63,280 nt of DNA, filler included, from Asterionella formosa (GCA_002256025.1; 16 parts of 16 records of this genome joined end to end with filler, not necessarily neighbours in it), one strand, 5' to 3'. Shown: positions 39,003-51,111, counted from the whole stretch's first letter. Program-made: numbers and translations. The notes: generated by a model not told the origin, from the sequence alone.

Positions 39003-39559
39003 ATGGTTCAGAATCATACAGTGATTTCGAAGGCAAAACTAGTTGATGTTACAACTACATATTTTGAAAGTTCAAGATATAATTGTTTTAGAGGATACTA
39101 AATCATTGCGAAAGACAACTCAAGTAGTAATGTATGGTACATATGCCAAGAAGGTATGAATTGGCCAAGAAATGACAGTGAAAAGAGTTTTCGCCATCCT
39201 CATGCACCAAATTGACGCAACCATGAACATCGCCGCTGTAGGCTGAAGTAAGTGCGCATTGTCAATGTAAAATTGGCAAATTGAAGTCGCACCAATATGC
39301 AAATGCAACGCCGACTCGAGAGAGTGTCCTTCAGCGCTTATCAGAAGCACTCATGTGACAATAGCTGACCAATTTAAGTACTGGTACAAGCACCCCGAGT
39401 GCTTGATGTTGTCTTGCGCTGTGTCGTGGCTCAGTTGTTCTAACCCCTTGGCGCTTTTTTCCCTCAAATACTCCATCCGTACTCACGATTGGCAGATTGA
39501 CTATCACAGCAAGCCGAGCATTGCAGTCATCGGACGCACGCTTAGTCAAAGTGTCCCTG

Positions 39560-39990
39560 CTGTAGAATTCAAATCTTTCCATTCTCAAACCAGCTTACAA
39601 CAACTTGGGCAACGAAGGTATGTTTTAATGCAGTGGCTGTCGGGATTTCAGCACACCGTGCTTTGGGATCGTTGGATCTTGGATTCAACCAAGTCGGCGA
39701 TGATGGGATTAGATCATAGGCATGTGCTTTGTTTGGATCTGCCTTGCATACGCTCTACTTGGTGGCAGGGATTCACATGCGGGAAGAAGGAGCCATGGCG
39801 TTGGCTGATGGGATCAGGAGAGGGTGCGCTGTGAACAAACTGTATTTGACTGGAAACCGGTTAGATAGGGCCAGATGGAGTGATTTCAGTAACAGAAGCC
39901 ATTCTAGAAGATGAACTGAGAGCGACATGTGGAGTTAGCTCTTTTTAGGCGGAACAAGCATGGGACCGATGGGTTGCCACACAGTTGCTA
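39560..39990 (+). pseudogene. Decayed RI-type leucine-rich-repeat gene fragment
   Basis: SALHTLYLVAGIHMREEGAMALADGIRRGCAVNKLYLTGNRL, with broken flanking repeats. Confidence 0.55.
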
Positions 39991-41327
39991 CAATGCGTGC
40001 TCTGAATGTACAAATCACACAGAATTGAGGAAGACACAACAGATTAAAATTTCATCATGCGAGTGAATTGGTTAACTCATCAGTTGATTGTTTTCAATAT
40101 AAAATCAATGCGTATTTTTTACTATAGTAGGACGAGGCTAATGGTGGATCATTCAGTGCATGTGCAATTAGGAGTAGTAACTATTGGCTGTGTCCTCTCC
40201 CTCTTGTCATATTTGTTCAAGTCACACTTGCAGCCTCAGAAATTTGTCCCGACGAAATTGTTCTTAGCAAGACTGCGCCAGATTTTTTCGTGTAGATTGT
40301 AGGTTGTTCTGTTGGTACAAAGAGGAAGTCATGGCTGCGCCAGGATTTTTGACCATCTGAATTCATAAAAACACCAACATTCAACACCACTGTGAACAAT
40401 TTTTTTCAACATGGGGAAGACCCTTACAATTAGCACCCCCCTTCCAGATTTTCAGCTGCCTCACTATAAACAAATCTTTTATCAGCTCACATATGGTTTG
40501 TTGCACCAAAAACAAAAGGTGGAATGATGCAACAACATTAAGATGGTCCGCAATGGATGCGTTTAAGGTAAGATTTATTTGCTTGCTATTTTTGCTATCA
40601 TATCACCAAGCGAAGGATAATTCATAATGATATGCTGCTGTTCTCAACATTCATTTGACATTTGAACAGGTCTTTTCAGAAAAGGAGTGTTCTTTTGAAA
40701 TCAGGAGTGTTAGAAGGTGAAATGATGCAATATGGAGTCTTGCAATGGAAGATTTTACTAAGGTAAGCTTAATCCTCAGTTTTTGTCATCACATCAGCAA
40801 AGCGAGCGATAAATCACGTGATTCTATTATTGTTCTCTACATTTATTTTACATTTTAGCAGTCCATTTCACAACAGAAGCATTATTTTGAATGCATCAGT
40901 GAGTTGCGGTGCTGCCTGGTGGCTGGCTAATGCCGATGTCTTGCTGTCAATTTGACTGCTCCGTGAAACAGTTGAATAGCACATGTGTGTGTTGCTTTCT
41001 GCTGTTGCTAGTGGATCCCAGACTTCTATTATCTGTGACCAATTCTCATGGTCCCCATCATCGAAAAATTATACCTTCAACATCTGTCTTGTATGCTTGT
41101 GAGTTTGGCATTGTTTTGAACACAACTTGCACTCTAGAAGTATATTCTGACTCAGTTATTGTTGGCTTCATCCTGTCGAACAGGTTCAAGGTTTTATCTT
41201 ATCATCCAGCTGGCCCTGTCAACGCAAAAACGATATTCCTTTGGAACAGCCAATGCCATTTCAATTTCAAATCAGTTGAGTTGTCCATACAAGCGATGAG
41301 ATAACAAGATTTGAACAGGCAATGTCA

Positions 41328-42143
41328 GGCCGTTGCTAACCGTTGAACAAAACCAAAACCCAAAAACTTATTTTTGGATTGGTTTTGGTTTTGGTCAGAC
41401 TGACGCAAAAACGATGCTATCGGTTTTTGGGAAATCCTAAATGTTGTCAACCACCCATCTACTGTGATGTACTAGGATGACAAAACCATTATAAAAATAT
41501 AAAATATTTCTTTTAGACTACTCTTACAAATGAATTATTATGATTCCTATTTGGGAATTAGTTAGTTTTTCCCGCAATTTGAGCGATGCTGCTGTCTTGT
41601 CATCCAACTACACACCGGTATGTATATACACTATACCAGTGGTGCCGTAAATATATACTCCGAGTACATATTACCAGGTACACAATAACAACATCATCTG
41701 TCGATTGCCGCTCATCCTCAATTGTTGATTGTGGTGAAATCAGCAATGATTCTTTGTTGTTGTTGTTGTTCTCGCCAGTGTGGTAACCCTGGTACTGGTA
41801 CCTGGTACCAGAGTACCGGTACTGTATAGCTATTGTTGTATATACATGATATGATATACCGGTATATGATGCATCCTATATGTAGTGATTCTACAACAAT
41901 AATAATTGGGTTTCTAGTGACTACATTCAAAGTAGTCAATATGGTATCCTTCATTTAGGTAACTTTGGAAAAAAACCTAAACGTAATGCTTTTGGGTAAC
42001 TTATTGGGATATGCTGGGCACGGAATCCCCTAAACATAATGCATTTGCATTGGGTTTTTCACTCCTGATAGCATTGTTTTTTAGGGTTGCCAAAACCAAA
42101 CTCTCTTTGGTTGGTGTTTTGCCCCCCCCCATTAGCAATGGCC
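41328..42143. mobile_element. PIF/Harbinger-type MITE with TCA target-site duplication
   Basis: tca-GGCCGTTGCTAA ... TTAGCAATGGCC-tca (11/12 TIR match, identical 3-bp flanks). AAAACCAAA subterminal motifs. Confidence 0.8.
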
Positions 42144-42600
42144 TCATCCTTGTCAATGAAGGTGAGTATTCATTGACAAGGAAACTGCTTGTTTAGTGGA
42201 AATTGGTCTCATCATCAATTGCCAACTCAGTCATTGCTCTAGTTGATGAATGGGGGCAGAGGGGTAAAAATTATATTTAGGAGCTCCAAATCACCTCTTA
42301 CTTGGTTGTATATTCCACTAACAATATATTATGTATACCTTACCCCTTTGTTGGGAGACAATTAAGGTTCTGAGCCATTTATTTGAGGTCATTGGTCGTT
42401 GGCGGAGCATCAGCACATGGTGTAGTGTACTATGTATGTAGTGACAAGCACGCACTTCTGATGTCAAGGATTTTGAATATTGGCGAAGCAGCGTCGTAAA
42501 ATAAATGGTATGTATTCCTTCAATGCTTCACAAATATTAACAACAAGCAGTTTCGTAACAGTCCTCTCGCCCTCTCTGACGCTCGCTATCCTCCAGCACC

Positions 42601-45163
42601 ATGCCCCCCACCATCGAAGAGCTCCCTTCCCGAGCTGCCTTGCGTCAAGCGCGGCGTGTATGTGTCAAGGCCGGAACGTCGGTCGTGACCAACGAAGACG
42701 GCCGGCCCTCGTTGACTCGCTTGGGGGCCATCACGGAACAAATCGCCGAGCTTTGTCGGGAGGACGTGCAGGTCATATTCGTGTCATCGGGTGCGGTCGG
42801 GATGGGCAAACGAGTCTTGCGCAAGCAGGGACGAATGAATATGAGCTTTCTGGAGCTGCAAGCCGATACTCACAAATCGCTGGACGAAAGTTGCGACCAC
42901 TCGACGCAGAAGGAAATGAGAGCGGCGACTGGCACTACCTTTGGGAGTCTCGTGAATCTGCAAGCACCTGCTCGTCCACACACACAAGCGGAGAAGAAAA
43001 AATACTATGACAGCGCATGTGCCGCAGCTGGACAGTTTGAAATGATGAACCTATATTCAAGTCTCTTTGATCAAGTTGACATTTCCGCCAGTCAAATATT
43101 GGTCACACAACAGGATTTCGTGGACCCTCATCGATTGAATAATCTGACTTATGCGGTGGACCGCTTGCTAGGACTCGGCATGGTACCCATTGTCAACGAA
43201 AATGACGCTGTCTCGGCAAATCAGGGATACACTGCTGAGGACGTATTCAGTGACAATGACAGTTTGGCAGCCTTGTGTGCGAGGCACTTCGGTGCAGAAG
43301 TTCTTTTGCTTTTGACAGATGTGGACGGTGTCTACGACAAGTCGCCCAAGGATGATCCATCCGCAAAATTGTTATCATTTTATCCGAACACGGGAACGTC
43401 TGTCGTCATTGGAGAGAAGTCTGCACAGGGACGAGGAGGTATGGGGTCCAAGATTGATGCTGCAATGAGTGCGGTGGCACCTGGATCGAACTGTGGTGCC
43501 TGTGTCGTGGCCGCTGGATCAGATTTGAATTCGATTCGGGCCGTTTTGGGACCCAAGCCGTTTCCGAGCAAAGGAACCATGTTTGTCACGGCTGGTAGTG
43601 AGTTAGAGCGACAAGCACAAATTGAATTGGATGCAGGGGTGAGTCATGATGTCATCGTATTGCGTATTTATTCAACTGAAAAGACACGCTGGAATTGGAT
43701 ATTCGTCGTTATATGGTAAAATCATGGACACTCACCAGTTATATGTTGTCCTTCATTTAGGACTCCGGGAACATCTCCCAAGATGCCCGGTACAAGGCAA
43801 CATCAGCCCGCAACGAAGCCAGAAAATTACAAGCACTTTCCCACTCAGTGAGAAAGGATATTTTATATGCCATTTCAAATGCCTTGATTGAACGTCAAGA
43901 ATTTTTACTAGAGGAAAATATGAAGGATGTTGTAGCTGCAGAAACCGACGGTATTTCCCTGTCTTTGCGAAGTCGACTAAAATTGAGTGCGGGGAAGTTA
44001 GACACTCTGGCGTCAGGCATTAAACAAATTGCTGACATGCCTGATCCACTTGGAGTTGTTAAGAGTAAAAGGGAGCTTGCTAGTGGGTTGGAGTTGAGTT
44101 TGATTACTGTGCCGATCGGCGTCTTGATGATTATTTTCGAGTCTAGACCGGATAGTATGCCACAAATTGCTTCCTTAGCTATTGCTAGTGGCAATGGTTT
44201 GTTATTGAAAGGGGGAAAGGAAGCCATCCATTCCAATGCTGCGATCCATAAGGTTATAGGAGATGCGATTGAAAGTGGGTCTGGTGGTCGAATTACAAGG
44301 GACATTATTGCCTTGATTGTCAGCCGCAGTGGGGTAAGTCAATTCTTCGGTTCTTGGATTGTTGCGTTCCCTACTGCACAAGGATCTCACATTGTGATTT
44401 ACACAAAAACATATAGGTCGCTGACATGCTCGCGTTGGATGATGCCATTGACTTGGTCATCCCTCGTGGCTCTAACGCCTTGGTATCATATATCAAAGAA
44501 AACACTCGCATTCCTGTTCTTGGCCACGCTGATGGAGTATGCCATGTTTACTTGGACGAGTCTGCAGATACAGCGTCTGCAATCAAGATTGTTGTAGACT
44601 CCAAAACAGATTATCCTTCAGCGTGCAATGCAATGGAAACCTTGTTGCTTCATAAGGCGACGGTTGTCAACGGAGTAGCAAGTGCGGTGCTCATGGCCCT
44701 TCGAGCGGCACGCGTAAAGTGTTTGGGAGGTCCGAATGCCATGAAAGTGGGTCTTACAGATGTCGCATCCGAGAAACTGAAGTTTGAATACGGAGACTTG
44801 ACTTGTCTGGTGGAGGTTGTTGAGAACATGGACGAAGCCATTGATTGGATTCACAAGAATGGAAGTGGCCACACAGAAACTATTGTGTGCAGCGAGGACA
44901 GTCCAGCCGGTGAAGAATTTCTTCGTCGAGTCGATACTGCATGTGTTTTCAAGAACGCTTCGACACGATTCTCAGACGGATTTCGGTTTGGACTTGGAGC
45001 CGAAGTTGGTATATCGACCGGACGCATTCATGCTCGTGGGCCTGTGGGTGTCGAAGGTTTGCTAACAACCAAGTGGCAACTTCGGTCACAAGGCACAAGC
45101 TATGTAGCCGAGTTTGCTGGAGATACCCCGTTGAAGACGTACACCCACAAGGATCTTGTTTGA
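42601..45163 (+). CDS. P5CS: Bifunctional delta-1-pyrroline-5-carboxylate synthase (glutamate 5-kinase plus gamma-glutamyl phosphate reductase). Exons 42601-43638, 43761-44333 and 44417-45163; 785 aa
   Basis: VKAGTSVV, VSSGAVG, NENDAV, DNDSLAA, GRGGMGSK, then IFESRP, LLKGGKEA, PSACNAMETLL, NASTRFSDGFRFGLGAEVGIST and HARGPVG. Two phase-0 GT-AG introns (GTGAGT, GTAAGT donors) restore the frame. Confidence 0.97.
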
Positions 45164-46754
45164 GATATAGACAAATAGTTGGGATACTCAGCCAAGAGTT
45201 CATCATATCTATCGAGCAGATATCTGCCTACACAACAGTTAAATACGAGGAAATGTTGGTAGCCTCTAATCACAGTGACAACCATTACAAAATCTATTTC
45301 GTGCAGCTTTTTATCGCCCTTAAACCAACTGGTGACGGCGGTGAATTCGCTTTTGTTGAAAATTCTGATCCCGTTTTTTGATTTGCATCCTGGTACATCT
45401 TCCTTCAGCGTTTCAAATCAGTTATCTCACAATCATTCATTTCAAAAATAATTAGGTAAACGAGATAGACAACCACCTCTCCCCAAGAGATCATGACATT
45501 TTTAAGATGAACAGCACGCCTTCCTTACCACGAGACTTGGCAAGCACTAGTCTTTTGAAGGCTACCTATTGCTGCTTCCAAGCTAGTATTATGGCTACGT
45601 TCTACCTATAGGTCGAAGTGGGAGGGGTTACGGTCCTCATTCTAGATTAGCTAACTTGTTTGAACAACCTTATAAATGAATGACACCAGCGGCTTCACCC
45701 TTTGTCGATTTATTGTGCATCATTGCGAAAGGGCGGTGTACAGGACAACTAGGTCTACCTAAATATCCCAAAATGACATTATTTCCATTTCCCAGTAGCG
45801 ACTTTCCGAACTGTACCCTGATGACGCCAAGGAACAAAATAGTAAAACATCCACTTCAACTACTGGTACATAGGTCAACAGAATACCATGATGATGGGAC
45901 CTGTAACTAATGGTCGGCACCTGATGCTAGGTACCAGTGTATTCCTATGTATGTATTATCTAGCAACAGGGCAGGTGATCTGCTCCCACACCAGGTACCT
46001 GGTAACCAACTATGATTTGCACTGCCAAAGAATGAAAATGTTCCGTGCTGCGATTTTTTCTATAAATTGCTACATAATTACATAAATCACACAATCATAC
46101 CTGGTATGCACCGTGCCAGGGACCAGGGGCGTGGTACAAGGTACTGGTACCAGGTACCATACCGTTATTACAACTGATGACAGGCGATGTGCTGGTATAT
46201 GCCGTAAAGGATTTGAAAGATCCAACCTCAAACGGAAACCACCAGCTAGGACTACCGGTAGTACATATTAAGTAGCCACCATTCATGTTGATGAAGATTC
46301 GCTCGCTGATTCTGACGCACCCACTTGCCTTTGCAGCTGCTGTCTACAGCATTATTGAAACATTCACTCCTAGGTATCACTATCGGGCCTTTATATTTCA
46401 GTTTATCTTAGTTTGGAGACCTGATTATATGTATACGGGCAGACGGCGCAGGTGACTGAGAGTGCCAGGGAGCGTTCCTGAAGCGAACCCCAAATGAATA
46501 AAGAACAAGCAGAGGGCGAAAAACTTGAAATAAAATCTTTCCTTAAAGGTCTTGAGCCCATGACGCCAAAGCGGGTGACTTGATGTTAAGACGAGCTTTG
46601 TTGCGTAGAATTCTACAGAAAATGTACCGGAAGCGGCATTCACAACGTCAGTAAGCACCTGGGAAAGAAAGTGGTCCACAGAAATCACAGGTACATACAC
46701 GACCTCACAATCCATCAGCCCGATTGCTTCATGTTTTCTGATCTTCGTTGAACC

Positions 46755-48006
46755 ATGACCGCCGCCGTTGCTCCCCCCTCTCCGCTCCTTAACGAGACCC
46801 AAGGTGCTTCTGCGCTGGCACGTAAGCGTCGGCGTGAGATCCTCCAGACACTTCGGGCCACTTCCACCATTCCAGATGCCGCTGCTTCATCGGCTGCTGT
46901 CGTGCCTCCTCCTGCGCTTGTGTCTGCTACTGTTATCGAAGTTCCTGCGGCCAAGAAGCCCAAGCTTTGTATCAGCGCAGATTCGTTTGACTCGCAGTCG
47001 AAGAAGCCACAGATGAAGTATGATCCGGAAGTGCCCATGACGAAGGATGAGGCTGCTGTTTGGAGAAGGGAGCAACGACGCAAACGCAATCGGGAGTCTG
47101 CCGCTGCATCTCGCCAGCGTCAACGTGACCGGATTGCTGAACTCGAAGATGAAATGGACGGATGGAAGGCCAAGTACGCTGATGTCTTGGCCAAAATTGC
47201 ATCCCTCGAGCAACTCAAGGATACTGACGACCTCATCGATTCTCTACCCCATATTACGGGTTCGCCAACCAGTGCGACCAGCTATATGAACACCAAGGCC
47301 CAACTGCATGAGCCGTGCTCTTGCTCAGACAAGCACAACCCCGTCTCGGAAGACGAAGAAGAACAACAAGAATCTCCCCTAATAAAGATCTCTCGACCAG
47401 CATAGTCAAGATTTTTTCTACCTCTATTTCGATTGAGACGACCAAGTGGAAACATTAAAAATTGCATAGCGCAACAAACAAAGACTTTGTCCGCCGCGAC
47501 ACATGACCGGGTTTTACACAGCACTTGATTTTTCGAGTCTGTTCTAATGACAATATCACCTCCCGGGTGACATTGCAACCCCTCCTCCGACCCTGTCATG
47601 TTCACGTGCACTTTTTGTTGGTTGGAATGCTATGCAACTGATTTCCTCCAAGTCTACCAATCGTTGGGTTACTGTCGTTTCGACAGAGAGTAACCTTGAC
47701 GCACACGTTGTGCGTTCTACTCTCTTTCGGCACATGATATCGCCCTCTAAGATCACCATTCCAGCAGTGAAGATCACTGGTGAGATTATTGTTACTTCTA
47801 CGTCTTCCGACAATTTGTTGCTTCCTATCGCCCTTTGCCCCGATCCTTGTGTCAGCCATGTTGCCGACGATGATGACGACGAGCACGTTCAGGAGCTCCG
47901 CCGCAAGAACACCTTTAAGAAGGCGACCTTACCCCTGCTTCTGTCCGACGAAGACGCGGAAGCTGAGTTTGACTCGTTCCTCCTTGACGCTGCTCAGTGG
48001 CTCTAA
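46755..48006 (+). CDS. bZIP transcription factor, candidate HAC1/XBP1-like. Unspliced ORF 46755-47405 (216 aa); predicted spliced form 46755-47400 + 47765-48006 (295 aa)
   Basis: WRREQRRKRNRESAAASRQRQRDRIAELEDEM is a bZIP domain. The downstream +1-frame ORF ends in an acidic-hydrophobic tail, EAEFDSFLLDAAQWL. The bZIP call is firm; the splice model is inferred. Confidence 0.85.
47401..47764 (+). other. Candidate IRE1-type unconventional intron (364 nt), highly structured
   Basis: Bounded by hairpins with 7-nt loops, CAG|CATA (47398-47404) and CAG|CAGT (47762-47768). Starts with CA, not GT. Removal joins the two ORFs in frame. Confidence 0.7.
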
Positions 48007-48997
48007 TTTAAATGCAGAACCTATCTGTTCATTCCTTCACACTTTACCATTACTCCATATTCACTCTCACACGCAAAGCGCAACTGAATTCACTGCTACA
48101 TTAGTTATAATTATGTTGTCTAGAACATTTTAAGTTATGGCACTTCCTTTTTATCTTGATTTAGGAAACTAGTGACATTCAATCAAGAGCTGCGTCTTTG
48201 GATTCACCCAGCGATTCATTGGTGCGGGTGGACTTGCATGTGATTTACTCTCAATGTTGTGAATCCCAACAGTACGGTGCATTCAAAGCATGATGTAGAT
48301 AGTATTACAGTTCATCTAAAATCTTCGCCCGTCTCCTGTCGGTGCAAGTACCTTGGTACTCCCAGACACTAGACAATGGTAGATGATAGTACCTGGTACC
48401 GTAGGAAAGAGAAATCAGAATTGACCATTCAAAAAAATCATTGAGAGCAAAGCAAAGGCAGATAAAGATCGTGACGTTGCATCCCGAAGGTAACTGGACT
48501 GTCTCGTAAGTACTTAGTAACGACGTTTATGGATCACGATAGTAAGAAAAGTAGGCAAAAAAAGAGTCTCAGTCGACGAGGGATTGAGAAAAAGTTGGTA
48601 GAGATGGAGAAACTACGGCATCATAGTGATGCAAAGACGGTTGGTCCATGACGTAATAATAGTCAACGCAATGCGAAGTGGTAGTCGACAGTGGACGTGG
48701 CAAGAAATGTTAATCGACAAGTAGCAAATATGCTGGTACCGTAGTCTAATCGGGCAACGATGGCATCATGGTGATGCCAGGAAAGCTACTTATGACGTAT
48801 CTACGATGTTTACAAAAATCAAGTTTCCGAAAGTGACGAAAAAAGTGAGAAAGTAATGCATCAATGCTTACCGAGGTATTCTCCAGAGGCAGACTTCNNN
48901 NNNNNNNNNNNNNNNNNNNNNNNNNNNNNNNNNNNNNNNNNTTAATTAATTAANNNNNNNNNNNNNNNNNNNNNNNNNNNNNNNNNNNNNNNNNNNN

Positions 48998-50004
48998 GAC
49001 CCCACCGTCATGCGAACGATGAATCGACAGGACTTCCGAGTCCTGGCTGCCGTCGAAACAGGAATGCGCACTCACGAACTTGTTCCTGCCAACCTGATCG
49101 CGTCCATCGCTTCACTTCGACATGGAGGAACAGGAAAGGTTTTATCGAGCCTCTTGCGAGACAAGCTCCTATCACACGATCAGTCCTGTGGGTATGACGG
49201 ATACCGAGTTACGAACGCTGGTTATGATATTTTGGCCTTGCACAACTTGAAAACTAGGGGAATCGTTGCTGCTCTGGGCGATAAGATTGGAACTGGAAAG
49301 GAGTCAGATGTCTATGTTGCGGCATCACCCGATGGCAAGCAGATTGTTCTCAAGTTTCATCGATTGGGCCGAACGTCTTTTAGGGATGTCAAGAATAAGC
49401 GAGACTATTTCATGGTCAATGCCGACAAGGGAAATGCAAGTCAGCCGAATTCTTGGCTTTTTCTCAGCCGAATCTCGGCCTTGAAGGAGTTCACATTTAT
49501 GAAGGCCCTTCATCAGGTCGAATATCCAACTCCCACACCTTTGGCACAGAATAGACACGTGGTTGTTATGGCGCTAGTCAGAGGCATTCCTCTCTACCAA
49601 ATCCACACAAACAGAGTTTCCGCTGAACAAGCCGAGTCCATCTTTCAACAGTCCACCGTTCTTGCCTCGCGATTGGCACAACACGGCCTCGTGCATTGTG
49701 ATTTGAATGAGTACAACTTAATGGTGGATTTATCTGGTATTCAAGATAAGATCGCCGATGATAATGATGTCGCAGAACACTATGTGAGGCATTCGGGGTT
49801 GAGTGTCACGAGCAAGGGTGCATTGTCGGCTCACGGCCCGCTTCAGAAGCACGCAATTGACGGAACAGGTGAATTTGTCACTGAAGAAGCTCCCAAACCT
49901 GCTCAAGTATTGGCGAACGGTGAACCGCGACCCATTGTAACTCTGATTGACTTTCCTCAAATGGTATCAACCCGACATCCCAACGCCAAGGATTTGTATG
50001 AACG
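48998..50004 (+). CDS. RIO2: RIO2 serine/threonine kinase (partial, cut by both contig ends)
   Basis: DFRVLAAVETGMRTHELVP, YDGYRVT..GYDILAL, IGTGKESDVY, LKFHRLGRTSFR, HCDLNEYN and IDFPQMVSTRHPNA. Confidence 0.97.
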
Positions 50005-50239
50005 NNNNNNNNNNNNNNNNNNNNNNNNNNNNNNNNNNNNNNNNNNNNTTAATTAATTAANNNNNNNNNNNNNNNNNNNNNNNNNNNNNNNNNNNNNNNN
50101 NNNNTATGTGCACTGTCGACTTTAGAACATTACAGGCGGAGTGACTTCGCTACTAAATTGCGTGGTATAATAATATACCCTGTAGCACGATGCAGAATAC
50201 AGTTGCTTCCCAATCATCTCATCATGATTGATAAGATGA

Positions 50240-50277
50240 TACCAGGTACCAGGTACCAGGTACCAGGTACCAGGTAC
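50240..50277. repeat. (TACCAGG)n heptamer array
   Basis: About 5 tandem copies. Confidence 0.9.
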
Positions 50278-50769
50278 TGTGATATCATGATAAGGTTACA
50301 TCGATTCATACATCACCAAAGTATGATACGTAATATAGAATAAAGTACATTTCAGAACTATGATACACTGATCATAAAATTATGATGATTTTATGTAATA
50401 ATTATGATATAATTGTGATCGAAATATGATTATGTTAAAATAATACAATGATAATAAAATACGATAAAATATATACGCAAGTGTTACCAAGACATCATAG
50501 AATATAAATCAAGCAATCATAAAGTATGTTAATTAATATATGTGTTTGTCGTTTAATGTATACAGTTAAAGTCAACAGTTAGCTAATATGATAGTATTAT
50601 ACAGTGGATAGCAAGTGTTGGTCGATCAATCGGCGAAATCACTGGAGAAACAGATGTAATAGGACCCTCTGTGATTAGGCTAGGAGAAGCGACTGGAGAT
50701 GCAGAAGAAACTGGGGGTGCATCAGGAGGAAGTGTAGCAAGTGTTGGTCGGTCAATAGGCGAAATCAAT

Positions 50770-51111
50770 GGAGAAAGCAATGAATTTACCAGGGAAGAGA
50801 AGCTCCTCTGTAATAAATTTAGATCCGGTGTAGAGGAACGGAGTGCCAATGAGGAGGAAGAACAACGGGTTGATTCTCAACACAGTCGACAAGAGTTCGA
50901 AACCAATACCAAGCCAAACACTTGTGAGAACAATAATGGCGGGAAGGTAGAGAAGATTTGATCTGAATTGGTCTTCTTTCAATGTGACAGTGCAAATTCC
51001 AGTGTCGATCTAGCATTTTGGAGATGTTGAGACTGCAAACTTCGATCCAGTTTCCTTGAGCTCCGTCTTCAATGCGTCAAACTCAGCATCTGGCATCATC
51101 GGTTCACCTTT
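50770..51111 (-). pseudogene. PGRL1-like (PGR5-like protein 1) gene fragment with in-frame stop
   Basis: KGEPMMPDAEFDALKTELKETGSKFAVSTSPKC*IDTGICTVTLKEDQFRSNLLYLPA followed by two TM segments. TAG at 51010-51012. The similarity ends before the expected CPxC motif. Confidence 0.7.

Noticed and set aside
38748..39101. Ser/Asn- or Thr/Val/Ala-rich ORFs
   Set aside because: They arise from the hexamer microsatellite.
43380..45381. Many short ORFs overlapping P5CS (likewise for ATG7, RIO2 and the bZIP genes)
   Set aside because: They are antisense or alternate-frame shadows of real genes with no recognisable motifs.
47405..47767. Canonical intron using GT at 47405 and AG at 47764 or 47767
   Set aside because: A donor at 47405 is phase 2 while both acceptors need phase 1, so the downstream ORF would be out of frame.
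46755..50004. Functional linkage between the bZIP gene and RIO2
   Set aside because: They are separated by an artificial spacer, so adjacency is not biological.
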